Positions 1 to 9,576 of a DNA stretch of 64,000 bases are shown here, one piece after another. The stretch is from positions 2,336,001-2,400,000 of the forward strand of contig OX638340.1 in the NCBI GenBank assembly GCA_951812955.1, written 5' to 3'. Each line of letters opens with the position of its first letter. The stretch's first letter is position 1. The notes under the pieces are model-generated. The model was not told the DNA's origin, searched no databases, and saw only the letters and a program-made list of their open reading frames with translations. The position numbers and the translations under genes were made by a program. Origin of the DNA: an uncultured Gemmatimonadota bacterium. Lineage in GTDB: Bacteria; JAAXHH01.

Positions 1-2
1 TG

Positions 3-311
3 TACAGGAACCTCAAGATTGGGGCCGCGCTCATGGCGCTGGAAGACGAGTCGAACAGCCTGTTGATTGCCGTCGACCTGAACCGTATGCTCCTGGAGGA
101 CAGCGGAAACGTCCTGAACCTCGGGCTGGAATACTGGTACCAGGGTATGATCGCGCTGCGTACGGGGTACGTGCACGACCCGGAGGGCGATGTGAAAACA
201 CCCACCTTCGGCGGCGGCCTGCAGTGGAAGATGTACCGCCTCGACTTCAGCTACACCACGAGTTCGACGCTTCAGGACATTACCAAGTTCACCATTTCAG
301 CCAGGTTCTGA
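3..311 (+). CDS. outer-membrane beta-barrel protein, 5'-truncated at the window edge. Only the C-terminal segment is present, ending in an aromatic Phe.
   Basis: The open frame runs from the window start. The translation shows alternating-hydrophobic beta-strand character and a C-terminal ...FTISARF typical of OM beta-barrels. Family not assigned. Confidence 0.4.
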   Translation, partial: YRNLKIGAALMALEDESNSLLIAVDLNRMLLEDSGNVLNLGLEYWYQGMIALRTGYVHDPEGDVKTPTFGGGLQWKMYRLDFSYTTSSTLQDITKFTISARF

Positions 312-408
312 GCAGGCCCGACGAAGCGCGCCGGCAAAGGGCTTTTGGTGAGGACCCGCCGGGCCTTACAGGCAGCAGGCAGAGCGCCGCGCCTGCCAGG
401 CACGCGTG

Positions 409-1263
409 TTACCGGGAAGGGGCCTGCGTTTCGATGAGCCTGATCTGGAAGAGCAGGGGCCACCACTTTCCGGTGACGAAGAGCCGGTCGCCCGCGGCAT
501 CGAAGGCGATGCCGTTGAGCACGTCTACCGTGCCGCCCCGCAGATCCTGCCCGCCGGCTTCGAGCAATCCCTCCAGGTCGATCCACCCGGTCACCCCGCC
601 GGTTTCGGGATCGATGCGGGCGATGCGGTCCTCCTGCCAGATGTTGGCGTAGATTTCGCCCTTCACGTACTCCAGTTCGTTCAGAAAACGCACCGGGCCG
701 TTCTCGTCCCGCACGACCACCCTTCCGGTCTCCTCGAAGGTCACCTTGTCACGGAAATACAGGATGGACGACCCGTCGCTCACGATGAACCGCGCGCCGT
801 CGTACGTTATGCCCCATCCCTCACCGGGATAGGAAACGCTCCGTAACAATTCGAAGGTCTCCATGTCGTAGATAAAACCGACGCCCGATTTCCAGGTGAG
901 TTGTATGATCTTGTCGTCGTAAAGGGCGAGTCCCTCTCCGAAGATCGTCGCGGAAAGCCGGCGGATCCGTTCCACTTCGCCGGTCTGCAACGCCACCCGG
1001 CGCAGGGTGGATTGGCCGTAGTTCCCCGTGCTCTCGTACAGCGTATCGCCCATAATCGCCAGCCCCTGTGTGAAGGCGCCGGTATCGTGGGGGTACGAAC
1101 GGACCACCTCGTAGGCATAGGTCTTTGCCGCGGCCGCCGTGGTCCCGTTTCCGTCCGGCGTATCGGTGGCGGAACCGGTGCTCGAATTCGTCGGTTCGGT
1201 ACAGGCGGCGATGCCGAACAGGCCCGCCAGGCAGATCCAAACGGCGCAGGTATTCCGGATCAT
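409..1263 (-). CDS. glutaminyl-peptide cyclotransferase (beta-propeller, plant/bacterial type), probable lipoprotein
   Basis: The ORF 409..1905 is over-extended and overlaps the GNAT gene. The real ATG is at 1263 (MIRNTCAVWICLAGLFGIAAC, a signal peptide with Cys). Conserved QC segments are present, such as AFTQGL..LYESTG..G.S. The ATGA start/stop overlap with the upstream GNAT gene indicates translational coupling. Confidence 0.7.
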   Translation of the reverse strand: MIRNTCAVWICLAGLFGIAACTEPTNSSTGSATDTPDGNGTTAAAAKTYAYEVVRSYPHDTGAFTQGLAIMGDTLYESTGNYGQSTLRRVALQTGEVERIRRLSATIFGEGLALYDDKIIQLTWKSGVGFIYDMETFELLRSVSYPGEGWGITYDGARFIVSDGSSILYFRDKVTFEETGRVVVRDENGPVRFLNELEYVKGEIYANIWQEDRIARIDPETGGVTGWIDLEGLLEAGGQDLRGGTVDVLNGIAFDAAGDRLFVTGKWWPLLFQIRLIETQAPSR

Positions 1264-1760
1264 GGGACCCTTTCCTGCAACTTTCGATACATGATGTGGG
1301 CATCGACCAGGCCGTGATCGGGATGACTGAACGCGGCCGGTATGGTGCCGGCTATCGTAAACCCCAGGTCCTGCCAGAGCGCCACGGCCCGGAGGTTCGT
1401 GCTTACGACCATGTTGAACTGCATGGCCAGGAATCCCTCCCGGCGCGCTTCGTCGAGGGCGTGCGCTCCCATCGCCCGTCCCACGCCGCGGCCCTGGAAG
1501 CCCGGATCGACCATGAACCCCGCGTTCGCCACGTGGGCGCCCTGCCCGGGCTGGTTCGGCCGGAGAAAGTAGGTGCCCACCACCTCGCTCCCTTCCAGCG
1601 CGATGTAAGTCAGGTTCGGCGGCGCCATCCACAGCACGCGCGCTTCCTCTCTGCCCGTGTCGGGCGGATAGGGATAGGTGTCCGCCCGCCGGACGACCCG
1701 GTGGAAGATCTGCCAGATGGATTCGAAGTCGTCCTCGCCCGCTTGTCTGATCCGGATCAT
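1260..1760 (-). CDS. GNAT family N-acetyltransferase
   Basis: 166 aa with a GNAT acetyl-CoA binding motif (FMVDPGFQGRGVGRAM). ATGA overlaps at both ends (1757-1760 and 1260-1263) place it in an operon with the ankyrin and QC genes. Confidence 0.7.
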   Translation of the reverse strand: MIRIRQAGEDDFESIWQIFHRVVRRADTYPYPPDTGREEARVLWMAPPNLTYIALEGSEVVGTYFLRPNQPGQGAHVANAGFMVDPGFQGRGVGRAMGAHALDEARREGFLAMQFNMVVSTNLRAVALWQDLGFTIAGTIPAAFSHPDHGLVDAHIMYRKLQERVP

Positions 1761-2824
1761 CCCGCCCCTCTATCCAGTAGCATGGATTCGATCGTCTTCC
1801 TTTTCCGCGCCCGGGCGATGTCCAACGCCGTGGCGCCTTCCAGGTCCCTGATCGACGGATCCGCCCCCTGGTCGAACAGATACTGGACGAAGTCTCTACC
1901 TGCACCGCGGACGGCGGCCCAATGGAGCGCGGTGCGCCCGCGGTGATCGTCGGCGCCGTTCACACTGGCGCCGCGGTCGATCAGGAACCGGGCCATTTTG
2001 TACGAACCGTACTGCACCAGTTCGCTCAAGGTGTCGTCCACCGCGGGATGCCGGATGTCCGCTCCGGCCGCCAGCAGCATTTCCACGGAATCGTAATCCA
2101 CGCTCCACAGTGCGTTGATCAGGCCGGGATCGGGTTTCGCCCCGGCGTCCAGCAACGCCTGCATCATGGCCGGGTTTCCGATGGCGGAAGTCAACGCGGG
2201 AGGAGGCCGGTTTACTTCGGCACCCCGTACAAGGAGCAGCTTGACAATCGCCTCTAGGCGTGCCGCGGTTTCCTCATCATCCCGGCCCGCCTTGGAAGCC
2301 GTACCGTAGTTCAGGGGACGCCACCTGTTCTCGTCCACCGCGTTGACAAGGCCCGCGTCCCCGTCGAGCAGCGTCCTGACACGATCCGCCTCGCCAAGTG
2401 CCACGCTGGTGAAAATATCCCAATCCTCGATGTGCTTCCGGATCACCGGCAGAAACTGGATCTCCCCGCCCACGGCGGCGAGACAGGGCGCCGTCATGCG
2501 GCCGTGACCACCTCGCAGGTCGATACGGGCACCGTGTTCGAGGAGGACGCGGACGGTCTCGACGTGGTGCGGACCCTTGGGAATTGTCTTCTTGTGTTCC
2601 AGCACCCGGTGCAGGGGACGGTGCCGGTGGTTGTTCTTGCTCAGCACGTTGGGATCGGCGCCATGATCCAGCAGGATCCGCACGATCGCCTTGCTCCCCA
2701 CGAAGGCGGCGGTCATGATGGGCTGCCAGTGCGCGGCGGCATCGGGGTCTTCCTTCAACAGGGCTTTCACCGCGTCGAAGTCGCTGGACCAGGCGGCCTG
2801 GGTAAGTTGTTTCTCAACGGCCAT
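1757..2824 (-). CDS. ankyrin-repeat protein
   Basis: Repeated LLxxGADxN / HxAA ankyrin motifs run through the 355 aa. The ATG is at 2822-2824. Confidence 0.7.
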   Translation of the reverse strand: MAVEKQLTQAAWSSDFDAVKALLKEDPDAAAHWQPIMTAAFVGSKAIVRILLDHGADPNVLSKNNHRHRPLHRVLEHKKTIPKGPHHVETVRVLLEHGARIDLRGGHGRMTAPCLAAVGGEIQFLPVIRKHIEDWDIFTSVALGEADRVRTLLDGDAGLVNAVDENRWRPLNYGTASKAGRDDEETAARLEAIVKLLLVRGAEVNRPPPALTSAIGNPAMMQALLDAGAKPDPGLINALWSVDYDSVEMLLAAGADIRHPAVDDTLSELVQYGSYKMARFLIDRGASVNGADDHRGRTALHWAAVRGAGRDFVQYLFDQGADPSIRDLEGATALDIARARKRKTIESMLLDRGAG

Positions 2825-2848
2825 GCGTATTTTACTCCATACTCCTAA

Positions 2849-2968
2849 AGTACCTGGCAGCCACCTTGATCAATACCGTACGGCCACTTCTTCTCAGTAC
2901 CGTACGGCCATCTCGATCAGTACCTGACAGCCACTCGTCCTCAGTACCGTACGGCCACCTTGATCACC
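2849..2968. repeat. degenerate ~23-bp tandem repeat x5. The last unit encodes the C-terminus and stop of the dehydrogenase gene.
   Basis: AGTACC-initiated units begin at 2849, 2873, 2896, 2919 and 2943 (AGTACCGTACGGCCA... and AGTACCTGRCAGCCAC...). The copy at 2894-2911 reads MAVRY-stop in frame, like the real VAVRY-stop at 2941. Confidence 0.7.
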
Positions 2969-4002
2969 TCGTCGGGCGCGTGGCGCATCTTGCCGTACGC
3001 TTCGGGCAATTCGTCCGGCGTCACGACGGGATCGGGCAGTCCGTGAGGATGGAGCGTGCCGTCCCGGAAGAGGCGTACCAGGGTTTCGAGTATACGGCCT
3101 TCTTCCCAGAACAGGCCGCGCTGCGGATGGCTGCAGGCCCGCGCCGAGACGATATCGATCTGATTGAAATGGAACTCCTCGCCCAGGTACAGGCCCTTCG
3201 CGTCTCCCAGGTAGAAAGCCAGGGGAACGACCTTGCCCGCGTACCGGGTCGCGCGGATGGCTTGATTGAGGGCGTGGTAGCTTCCGCTGGCCTCGATGGT
3301 GACGTCCGCGCCGTGTTCGAGCCACCTGCGCGACGCCATGCCGAAATCGCCGACCTCACCCGGATCGACCGCCAGGGTAGCCCCGTGCTCCCGGGCCAGT
3401 GCCCGCCGCCGCGCGATCGGGTCGACCGCCACCACGTCGACCGCACCGGACAGCCGCGCCAGCTGGACCGTGAAGAGCCCGATGGCGCCCATACCGAATA
3501 CGATGACCCGCTCGCCGATCCGCACCTGTCCGTCCCGCACGGCCGCCAGGGCGAAATTGGCGGGATCCATGCAGCAAGCCGCCGCCTCGGTCAACCCCGG
3601 GAGCAGCGGCTTGAAATGACGGCCCTGGTGGACCGTCCTGAATCCCCCGTAGCCATATACCCGGTCTCCTTCCTTCAGACCTTCGACTTCCTTGCCAGCG
3701 GCCATGACCGTCCCCACCGTCGTATTGCCCACCGGCTTCCAGGTCGTCGGGTCGTAAGGGTTCAGGCGTGACCGGTCGAAGACCCTGCCTTCCTGGTCCA
3801 TGGGTACGTTCGAGTATATGGACTCACCCGTGATCTCGCCCTTTTCCGTCCCGTGTTTCGCCGCGGAGAACTCGCTGCGGACACGGACTTCATCGGGGCC
3901 GAGTTCGCCCAGCGTATAGTGTTCCCAGCGGGGTTTAAAGGCGTTGTTGCAAACCAGTTGCAGCAGTTCGATGCCATCCACGGCGGCCATTCCGTCCTCC
4001 AT
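2941..4002 (-). CDS. Zn-dependent alcohol dehydrogenase (MDR superfamily, threonine/sorbitol dehydrogenase-like)
   Basis: 353 aa with a Rossmann GxGxxG (VIVFGMGAIGLF) and an MDR catalytic domain. The start is either the ATG at 4002 or a second M at 3990. Confidence 0.7.
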   Translation of the reverse strand: MEDGMAAVDGIELLQLVCNNAFKPRWEHYTLGELGPDEVRVRSEFSAAKHGTEKGEITGESIYSNVPMDQEGRVFDRSRLNPYDPTTWKPVGNTTVGTVMAAGKEVEGLKEGDRVYGYGGFRTVHQGRHFKPLLPGLTEAAACCMDPANFALAAVRDGQVRIGERVIVFGMGAIGLFTVQLARLSGAVDVVAVDPIARRRALAREHGATLAVDPGEVGDFGMASRRWLEHGADVTIEASGSYHALNQAIRATRYAGKVVPLAFYLGDAKGLYLGEEFHFNQIDIVSARACSHPQRGLFWEEGRILETLVRLFRDGTLHPHGLPDPVVTPDELPEAYGKMRHAPDEVIKVAVRY

Positions 4003-4027
4003 TATCGCTTCTTACGTCTATGCCCAA

Positions 4028-4085
4028 CTGCCCTTCGATGTTGCGGTGATGCCAGGCTGCCCCTCGATGTTGCGGTGATGCCAGG
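4028..4085. repeat. 29-bp tandem direct repeat x2 between the GH32 stop and the dehydrogenase start
   Basis: CTGCCC(T/C)TCGATGTTGCGGTGATGCCAGG occurs twice back to back. Confidence 0.8.
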
Positions 4086-4094
4086 ACGGTTTCA

Positions 4095-5636
4095 TCAGGT
4101 CCAAATCGACTTCATACGGTATGCGTCGAGCGACAGGACCCGGCTGCCGATGCCCTGGGAGCGGAAGGACACGCCTGTGCTGTCCGGCCGGTCGGGATAG
4201 ACCCGCAGCGCGACGCACTGGCGGCCATTGGCGAATACCTCCACGACGCTTCGATCGACGAACACCCGCAGTTTCAGCGTCTCGTCCTCCTCCAGGGCCA
4301 GCTGCGCCGTCTCCGGCGCACGGGACAGAACGTCGGGTGCCGTAGACGCGTAGGAGGTGTCTACGGATAGCAGGCTCTTGCCCCGGAACCCGCGCTCCCG
4401 GAAGAAGGCGATGCGTGTGAATTCCTCCCGGTCCGGCGACCTCAGCACGTTCATCTCCACCATGGGCGACGAACCCGGGTCGATCTCCACCTCGAACTCC
4501 ATGGTGTTGCCGCCCTCCAGCGCCGGGAGCACGACCTCCTGGTTGGCCGGAAGGGCTATGGCGCCGAAATGCCTCGGCGTCTCGCGCAGCGACTTCAGAG
4601 CCTCGACCGGTTCCTGGTAAAGGTCGTCGCCGTCCGCAGTCATGCGCCGGGGCAGAGACATGATCTGGTTCCATCCCTTTGTAGGCTTGCCGTGGTTCAT
4701 GTTGAAGATAACGGCAAGACCTCCCTTCCCGTCCGGCGTGGCCGTAGGGGCGTGAAGTCCGGAAGGTTTGAACGCACCGAAATTGAACTTGGCGCCGTAG
4801 GTCACCACGAACTTGTCCCGTTCCGTGTCGTAGTCCCCGAGCAGGTACTGGGGGCCGCTCATGTGGCTGAAAAAAAGAAGGATGTGCCGGTCGCCGATGG
4901 GCCAGAAGTAGGGACAGGCGCCGTCGTCTCCCACCAGGGTGTAGTCGTCGTCCTCGACGAAGGGATGCAGGTAGGTCCAGCGGGCCAGGTCCTCGGAACG
5001 GAACAGGTAGTTCGCGCGCCTCGGCTTGCCGGCCGGGCCTTCGGGCTTCGTGCCCCCCGAGAGCGAATAGTAGACACCGTCCTTCTTCCAGATGCAAGGA
5101 TCGAAAACGTTGTACGGCGCGGGCGGACCGTCCTTTGGCGGCATGGGGATGACGGGGCCGCCGGTTACCTTCACCCAGTTGAGGAGCAGGGGATCGCTGG
5201 ATAAGGCGACCATGTTCCCCGCGACCGTGCCGTGGTACATGGCAATCACGCGGTCTTCCTCCACCAGTGCGGCGCCCGAGTAACAGCAACGCTCCGGGTT
5301 GGGATAAATGCAGTATGGCAGATCGCGCCAGCGGACGAGATCGTCCGAAATGGCATGTCCCCAGTGCTGTCGCGTGTCCTCGGGCGGATAGGCCTGGTAG
5401 AACAGGTGCCATCGTCCCTGCCAGAAGCACAGTCCGTTGGGGTCGTTGAGCATCGCCTCGGGATTCACGTAATGGTACTGCGGCCGGTGGGGATCTCCTT
5501 CGTAGCTTTTACGGGACGTGTGGAGCCGCAGCAGGAGGGGGTTGGACTCAAGCGCGGCCTCCTGCGCCTCGACGGAATCCTCTGGGAATGTGTAGTAAGG
5601 GACGAGGGATGTATAGTCTTCCATGGTGTGCTCCAT
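4095..5636 (-). CDS. glycoside hydrolase family 32 (beta-fructofuranosidase/levanase-like)
   Basis: N-terminal MLNDPNGLCFWQGRWHLFYQ matches the GH32 sucrose-box (NDPNG), and an FRSED.. block and a C-terminal beta-sandwich region follow. 513 aa, no signal peptide. Confidence 0.7.
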   Translation of the reverse strand: MEHTMEDYTSLVPYYTFPEDSVEAQEAALESNPLLLRLHTSRKSYEGDPHRPQYHYVNPEAMLNDPNGLCFWQGRWHLFYQAYPPEDTRQHWGHAISDDLVRWRDLPYCIYPNPERCCYSGAALVEEDRVIAMYHGTVAGNMVALSSDPLLLNWVKVTGGPVIPMPPKDGPPAPYNVFDPCIWKKDGVYYSLSGGTKPEGPAGKPRRANYLFRSEDLARWTYLHPFVEDDDYTLVGDDGACPYFWPIGDRHILLFFSHMSGPQYLLGDYDTERDKFVVTYGAKFNFGAFKPSGLHAPTATPDGKGGLAVIFNMNHGKPTKGWNQIMSLPRRMTADGDDLYQEPVEALKSLRETPRHFGAIALPANQEVVLPALEGGNTMEFEVEIDPGSSPMVEMNVLRSPDREEFTRIAFFRERGFRGKSLLSVDTSYASTAPDVLSRAPETAQLALEEDETLKLRVFVDRSVVEVFANGRQCVALRVYPDRPDSTGVSFRSQGIGSRVLSLDAYRMKSIWT

Positions 5637-5684
5637 GATTGGAATCAGTGGCGCCTGGCGGTTTTATATGCCTCTACCGGTTTG

Positions 5685-5806
5685 GGTTGTCTCGGCCTGG
5701 CACGGGGCTGCCTCCGCCCGTCCGGGGTTGTCTCGGCCGGTTCCAGCTGTTTCGGCCCGGCTCCGGTTGTCTCGGCCTGGCACGGGGCTGCCTCCGCCCG
5801 TCCGGG
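5685..5806. repeat. 42-bp perfect direct repeat x2 (80-bp period), upstream of GH32 and downstream of nudC
   Basis: GGTTGTCTCGGCCTGGCACGGGGCTGCCTCCGCCCGTCCGGG occurs at 5685-5726 and 5765-5806, with a partial copy between them. Confidence 0.8.
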
Positions 5807-5816
5807 TCCTGTTTCG

Positions 5817-6809
5817 TCATTGTGCGGATACCTCGGAAACCCAGGAATCGACCAGAAACCGGGCGATGGAATCCCGTCGGGGCAAGGCGTACGCCACCGA
5901 TTCGTCGCCCCATTCGCCGAAGGCCCGTACTTCCTCCGCGGTGAACCAGCGGGCATCCACGAGTTCATCGGGGTTCACCGTGATCCCGGTGGTTTCGGCC
6001 CGCGCGCGGAAACCCAGCATCAGCGAAGACGGAAAAGGCCAGGGCTGCGACGCCTGGTAGTATGCTGAGCGCACGCGAACGCCGACCTCTTCGAACACTT
6101 CCCGGGCTACCGTTTCCTCCAGACTTTCACCCGGCTCCGAGTAGCCGGAAAGGGTGGAATACACGTTTGGCGGCGGACGGTGGTGGTTTCCCAAAAGGCA
6201 TCTGGGCGGGCCTCCGCCGTCCGGGCGGAACTCCACCAGCGTTATCACCGCGGGGTCAATACGGGGAAACAGGGTCCGCCCACAGCCCTTCCGCGTACAC
6301 CGGCGACGGTGACCTCCGTCCCGGCTTTCGGTGTGGTGTCCGCAGCGGCCGCAGTGCCGGTTCTGGCGGTGCCAGTATAGCATGCCCCGCGCGTACGCCA
6401 TCAGCGCCGCGCCGCGCGTCTCGATAGACGGACCGGCACGCCACAGGTCCTGGAACGTCCCCCGGCTTCCGGCCGCTGCCGTAGCGTCCCCTTCGTCGGC
6501 ATCGGACAGGTCCGCTGCGAAAACAGCCCGGCCGTCCTCCATGCCCAGGAACACGGTTTCGCAACTCGCTACCAGCACGTCCGCGGCGGCAGGTTGCGTG
6601 CAGATGACGGCGCATGGGCGGGCCGGCGCTTCCCCGTCGCCGATCAGGTTAAGATCGCGCCAGACGGGTATGACGCGGGTATCCTCCCGGCTCAGCTGAG
6701 CGGTCAGCCAGTTCGCATCGCTCCGCCGGTCCGCCGGCCGCGCCAGCGGGACGTCCGCGAATTTCAGTACGGGATTCGTCATAAGGCACTCGCACCGAGC
6801 CGGTTGCAT
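5817..6809 (-). CDS. nudC: NAD-capped RNA hydrolase / NADH pyrophosphatase NudC (Nudix with zinc ribbon)
   Basis: A C4 zinc ribbon (CGRCGHHT...CTRKGCGRT) is followed by a Nudix box (GYSEPGESLEETVAREVFEEVGV). An alternative ATG lies at 6782. Confidence 0.75.
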   Translation of the reverse strand: MQPARCECLMTNPVLKFADVPLARPADRRSDANWLTAQLSREDTRVIPVWRDLNLIGDGEAPARPCAVICTQPAAADVLVASCETVFLGMEDGRAVFAADLSDADEGDATAAAGSRGTFQDLWRAGPSIETRGAALMAYARGMLYWHRQNRHCGRCGHHTESRDGGHRRRCTRKGCGRTLFPRIDPAVITLVEFRPDGGGPPRCLLGNHHRPPPNVYSTLSGYSEPGESLEETVAREVFEEVGVRVRSAYYQASQPWPFPSSLMLGFRARAETTGITVNPDELVDARWFTAEEVRAFGEWGDESVAYALPRRDSIARFLVDSWVSEVSAQ

Positions 6810-6873
6810 TTATGGTATTTACTTCGTGCGGGCGGCCCCGGCTTCTGCCGCGGCGCAACCGCCCGGTATTATC

Positions 6874-8094
6874 CTACAACAGGGTTTCCAGCGTGTTGAC
6901 GAAGGCCTCGTTCTCATCCGGCGTGCCGACGGTCACGCGCAAATACCCCTTCAGCCCCCACCACATGGCGTCGCCGATCCAGACCTTCCGCTCCTGGAGC
7001 GCATTGAACACGCGCTCGGATTCATCCCCGAGCTGAAACAGGACGAAACAGGAATCGCTGGGCGTATACGGGATGCCCAGCCGATCGAAGGCCTTGCCCA
7101 GGTACGCCTTGCCTTCCTCCACCGTCCTGCGGCTCCGCTCGTAATGGGCGTCGTCGTCCAGCGCGGCGATGGCGGCATGCAGACCCAGGTTGCTCGGGGG
7201 ACCGCCCAGGTTGTAGAGCGACAGTTTTCTTCTCAACCGGGGCGAAAGCACCGCGTATCCCACGCGCAGTCCAGCGAGGCCGTACACCTTGGAGAACGTC
7301 CGGGATACGATGACGTTTTCTTGCTCGAGGGCCAGGTATATGGCGTCGCGGTAGTCCGGGTCGGTCGTGTAATCGATATACGCTTCGTCGATGAACACCG
7401 TAACGCGTTCGGGCACGGACCGCACGAAATCCGCCAGTACGTCATGGTCCACCACCGTGCTGGTCGGGTTGTTGGGATTCGTCACGACCACGACCGTCGT
7501 GTTGTCGTTGATCCGCTCGTACATGGCGTCCAGGTTGTGCCGAAGGTCCCGGGTCAGACGTACGTTATTGACCTTGATGTCGGCCCCTTCTTCTTCCTTG
7601 AACCGCCTCCAGACGTCCGCGGTGTCGAAGTAGGCGGGCTGGGCCTGGACCAGCTCCGCCTTGTCCCGGACCGTCGCCAGGCCCACTGCGTGAAGAATCA
7701 TGCTGGAACCCGCGCTGAGCGCCACCCGACGGTTTTTCGTGACCTCTTCCCAGTTGTCCCACGTCGTCTCGGTTACCGGCAAGCCGTGTTTTCGCTCGAG
7801 GGCGTTGATCAGGACTTCCGACGGGTCCGGCATGGAACTCCAGTGGTAACGGTTCACGCCGAACATGCGGGCTGCGACGGCTGCGACGGCCCTGGGGGAC
7901 GGTCCCAGGGGGTTTTCGTTGGACGACAGGTTCACGTAGCCCGGCTCGATGCCGAATCCCTGTATGTCTTCCGGTTTCTTGCCCGAAAGCAGCGCTTGCG
8001 CCATGACCATGGGATCGGCGGCTAAGGCCCCCAAGCCCCCCAGCAGCGATCCCGCAATGAATCCGCGCCGCGTCAGGTTGGATTCTGGTTTCAT
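6874..8094 (-). CDS. class I/II PLP aminotransferase (histidinol-phosphate aminotransferase-like) with a twin-arginine (Tat) signal peptide
   Basis: The ORF starts on TTG at 8127. The likely ATG at 8094 is preceded by GGAGTGGG. The N-terminus MKPESNLTRRGFIAGSLLGGLGALAA is a Tat motif. The PLP-lysine region SRTFSKVYGLAGLRVGY is HisC-like. Confidence 0.7.
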   Translation of the reverse strand: MKPESNLTRRGFIAGSLLGGLGALAADPMVMAQALLSGKKPEDIQGFGIEPGYVNLSSNENPLGPSPRAVAAVAARMFGVNRYHWSSMPDPSEVLINALERKHGLPVTETTWDNWEEVTKNRRVALSAGSSMILHAVGLATVRDKAELVQAQPAYFDTADVWRRFKEEEGADIKVNNVRLTRDLRHNLDAMYERINDNTTVVVVTNPNNPTSTVVDHDVLADFVRSVPERVTVFIDEAYIDYTTDPDYRDAIYLALEQENVIVSRTFSKVYGLAGLRVGYAVLSPRLRRKLSLYNLGGPPSNLGLHAAIAALDDDAHYERSRRTVEEGKAYLGKAFDRLGIPYTPSDSCFVLFQLGDESERVFNALQERKVWIGDAMWWGLKGYLRVTVGTPDENEAFVNTLETLL

Positions 8095-8148
8095 TATATC
8101 CCACTCCCTTAGTTCTGGCCTCTTCAACCAGGTGGTTTCTGTTGGGAT

Positions 8149-9507
8149 TTAAGCCCGTATCTTCTTAACCACTTCCCGGATGCTGTCCCGGAGCAGATCC
8201 AACATGAGGTCGGTCTCTTCCCGGCTGATAACGAGGGGCGGCGCCAGGGCGATCCAGCCAGGGTCGAAACGGGTCAGCAACCCCTTCTCCAGCGCGGTCT
8301 GCCCTACCTGCACGCCGAACTTCAGCGAAGGATCGAAAGGCACGCCAGTCTCGGAATCCTCGACGAATTCAATCCCGGCCAGCAGGCCGCAACCCCGGAT
8401 ATCGCCCACGATCCCCAGTTCCCGGAGGTCCTCCAGGCGCTCGCGGAGGTATGCCCCCTCCTCTCTCGCACGTGTACAGAGATCCCGTTCCTGGATCTCC
8501 GCCAGGTTCGCCAGGCCGGCCGCCGCGGCCAGCGGGTTTCCGCCGAAGGTATGGCCGTGAGAGAACTCGACCTCGTCTTCTTCCCGGCCGAGAAAGGCGG
8601 CGGCGATGGAATCCCGGAAGGCAATCCCGGCCAGGGGCACGTATCCGCTGGACATGCCCTTGCCCATGCACAGGATGTCGGGCGTCGCATCGAAGGTCTG
8701 GGCCGCGAACATGTTGCCCGTGCGGCCGAAACCGGTGATGATCTCATCGTAGATCAGGAGAATCTCGTGCCGGGTGCATATGTCCCTGAGCGTTGAGAGG
8801 TAGCCCGGCGGCGGCATGATGATGCCCCCGGTGTTCCCCACGGGTTCCAGGATGAGCGCCGCGATGGTCTCGGCTCCTTCCAGCTCGACCAGGTCCTCCA
8901 CCGTACGCGCGCAGAAGATCTCGCAATCCGGGAAAGTCTTTTCGTAGGGACATCGGAAACAGGTAGGGGGGTGGACGTGCAGGAAACCGTGCAGCGTGGG
9001 TTCGAACATGGTCTTGCGCCGGCGCGTGCCCGTGGCCGACAGGGCGCCCATCGTCGCGCCGTGGTACCCGTGAAAACGGGAGATCACCTTGAACTTGCCC
9101 GGGTTGCCGGTCTGCCGATGGTACTGCCGCGCCAGCTTCATGGCTGACTCGGTGGCCTCCGAACCGCCGGATAGCAACTTGATCGTGTTCAGGTCCTCCG
9201 GCGTGACTTCCGAGAGCCGCCGGACAAGCTCGATGGCCGGGGGGCTGGTGGCGTGGAGCGGAGGAGCGAAGGCCATGGTGTCCAGCTGCGCCTTGATCGC
9301 CTCGATGATCCGCCGGTTGCCGTGGCCGGCGTTTACGGTGAAGATGCCCGATATGCCGTCCAGGATCCGCCGCCCGTTTACATCCTCGTACCAGACCCCG
9401 TCCGCCTTCCGAATGACGAGGGGATCTTCGATGAAGGTCTCCATCTGGCGCAGGTCGAGGACCAGCCGCCGGAGGGATTCGGGCGCTGTGAGCAGTTGGG
9501 AATCCAT
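8149..9507 (-). CDS. class III aminotransferase (omega-transaminase family)
   Basis: The ORF starts on TTG at 9549, with an internal ATG at 9507 (MDSQLL...). Motifs include ..GGSEATESAMKLA.., ..LILEPV.., DEIITGFGRTG and the PLP-Lys region. Confidence 0.75.
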   Translation of the reverse strand: MDSQLLTAPESLRRLVLDLRQMETFIEDPLVIRKADGVWYEDVNGRRILDGISGIFTVNAGHGNRRIIEAIKAQLDTMAFAPPLHATSPPAIELVRRLSEVTPEDLNTIKLLSGGSEATESAMKLARQYHRQTGNPGKFKVISRFHGYHGATMGALSATGTRRRKTMFEPTLHGFLHVHPPTCFRCPYEKTFPDCEIFCARTVEDLVELEGAETIAALILEPVGNTGGIIMPPPGYLSTLRDICTRHEILLIYDEIITGFGRTGNMFAAQTFDATPDILCMGKGMSSGYVPLAGIAFRDSIAAAFLGREEDEVEFSHGHTFGGNPLAAAAGLANLAEIQERDLCTRAREEGAYLRERLEDLRELGIVGDIRGCGLLAGIEFVEDSETGVPFDPSLKFGVQVGQTALEKGLLTRFDPGWIALAPPLVISREETDLMLDLLRDSIREVVKKIRA

Positions 9508-9576
9508 GGCGCTTCTCTTGAAATCGGGCAGACCAGGGAACGCTTGCAAAGGACGATCGGGGGAGACCGCCCGGCA

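Noticed and set aside
409-1905. 498-aa ORF extending the glutaminyl cyclase N-terminus through the GNAT gene
   Set aside because: The extension overlaps the well-supported GNAT CDS in another frame. The internal ATG at 1263 with a signal peptide and ATGA coupling is the real start.
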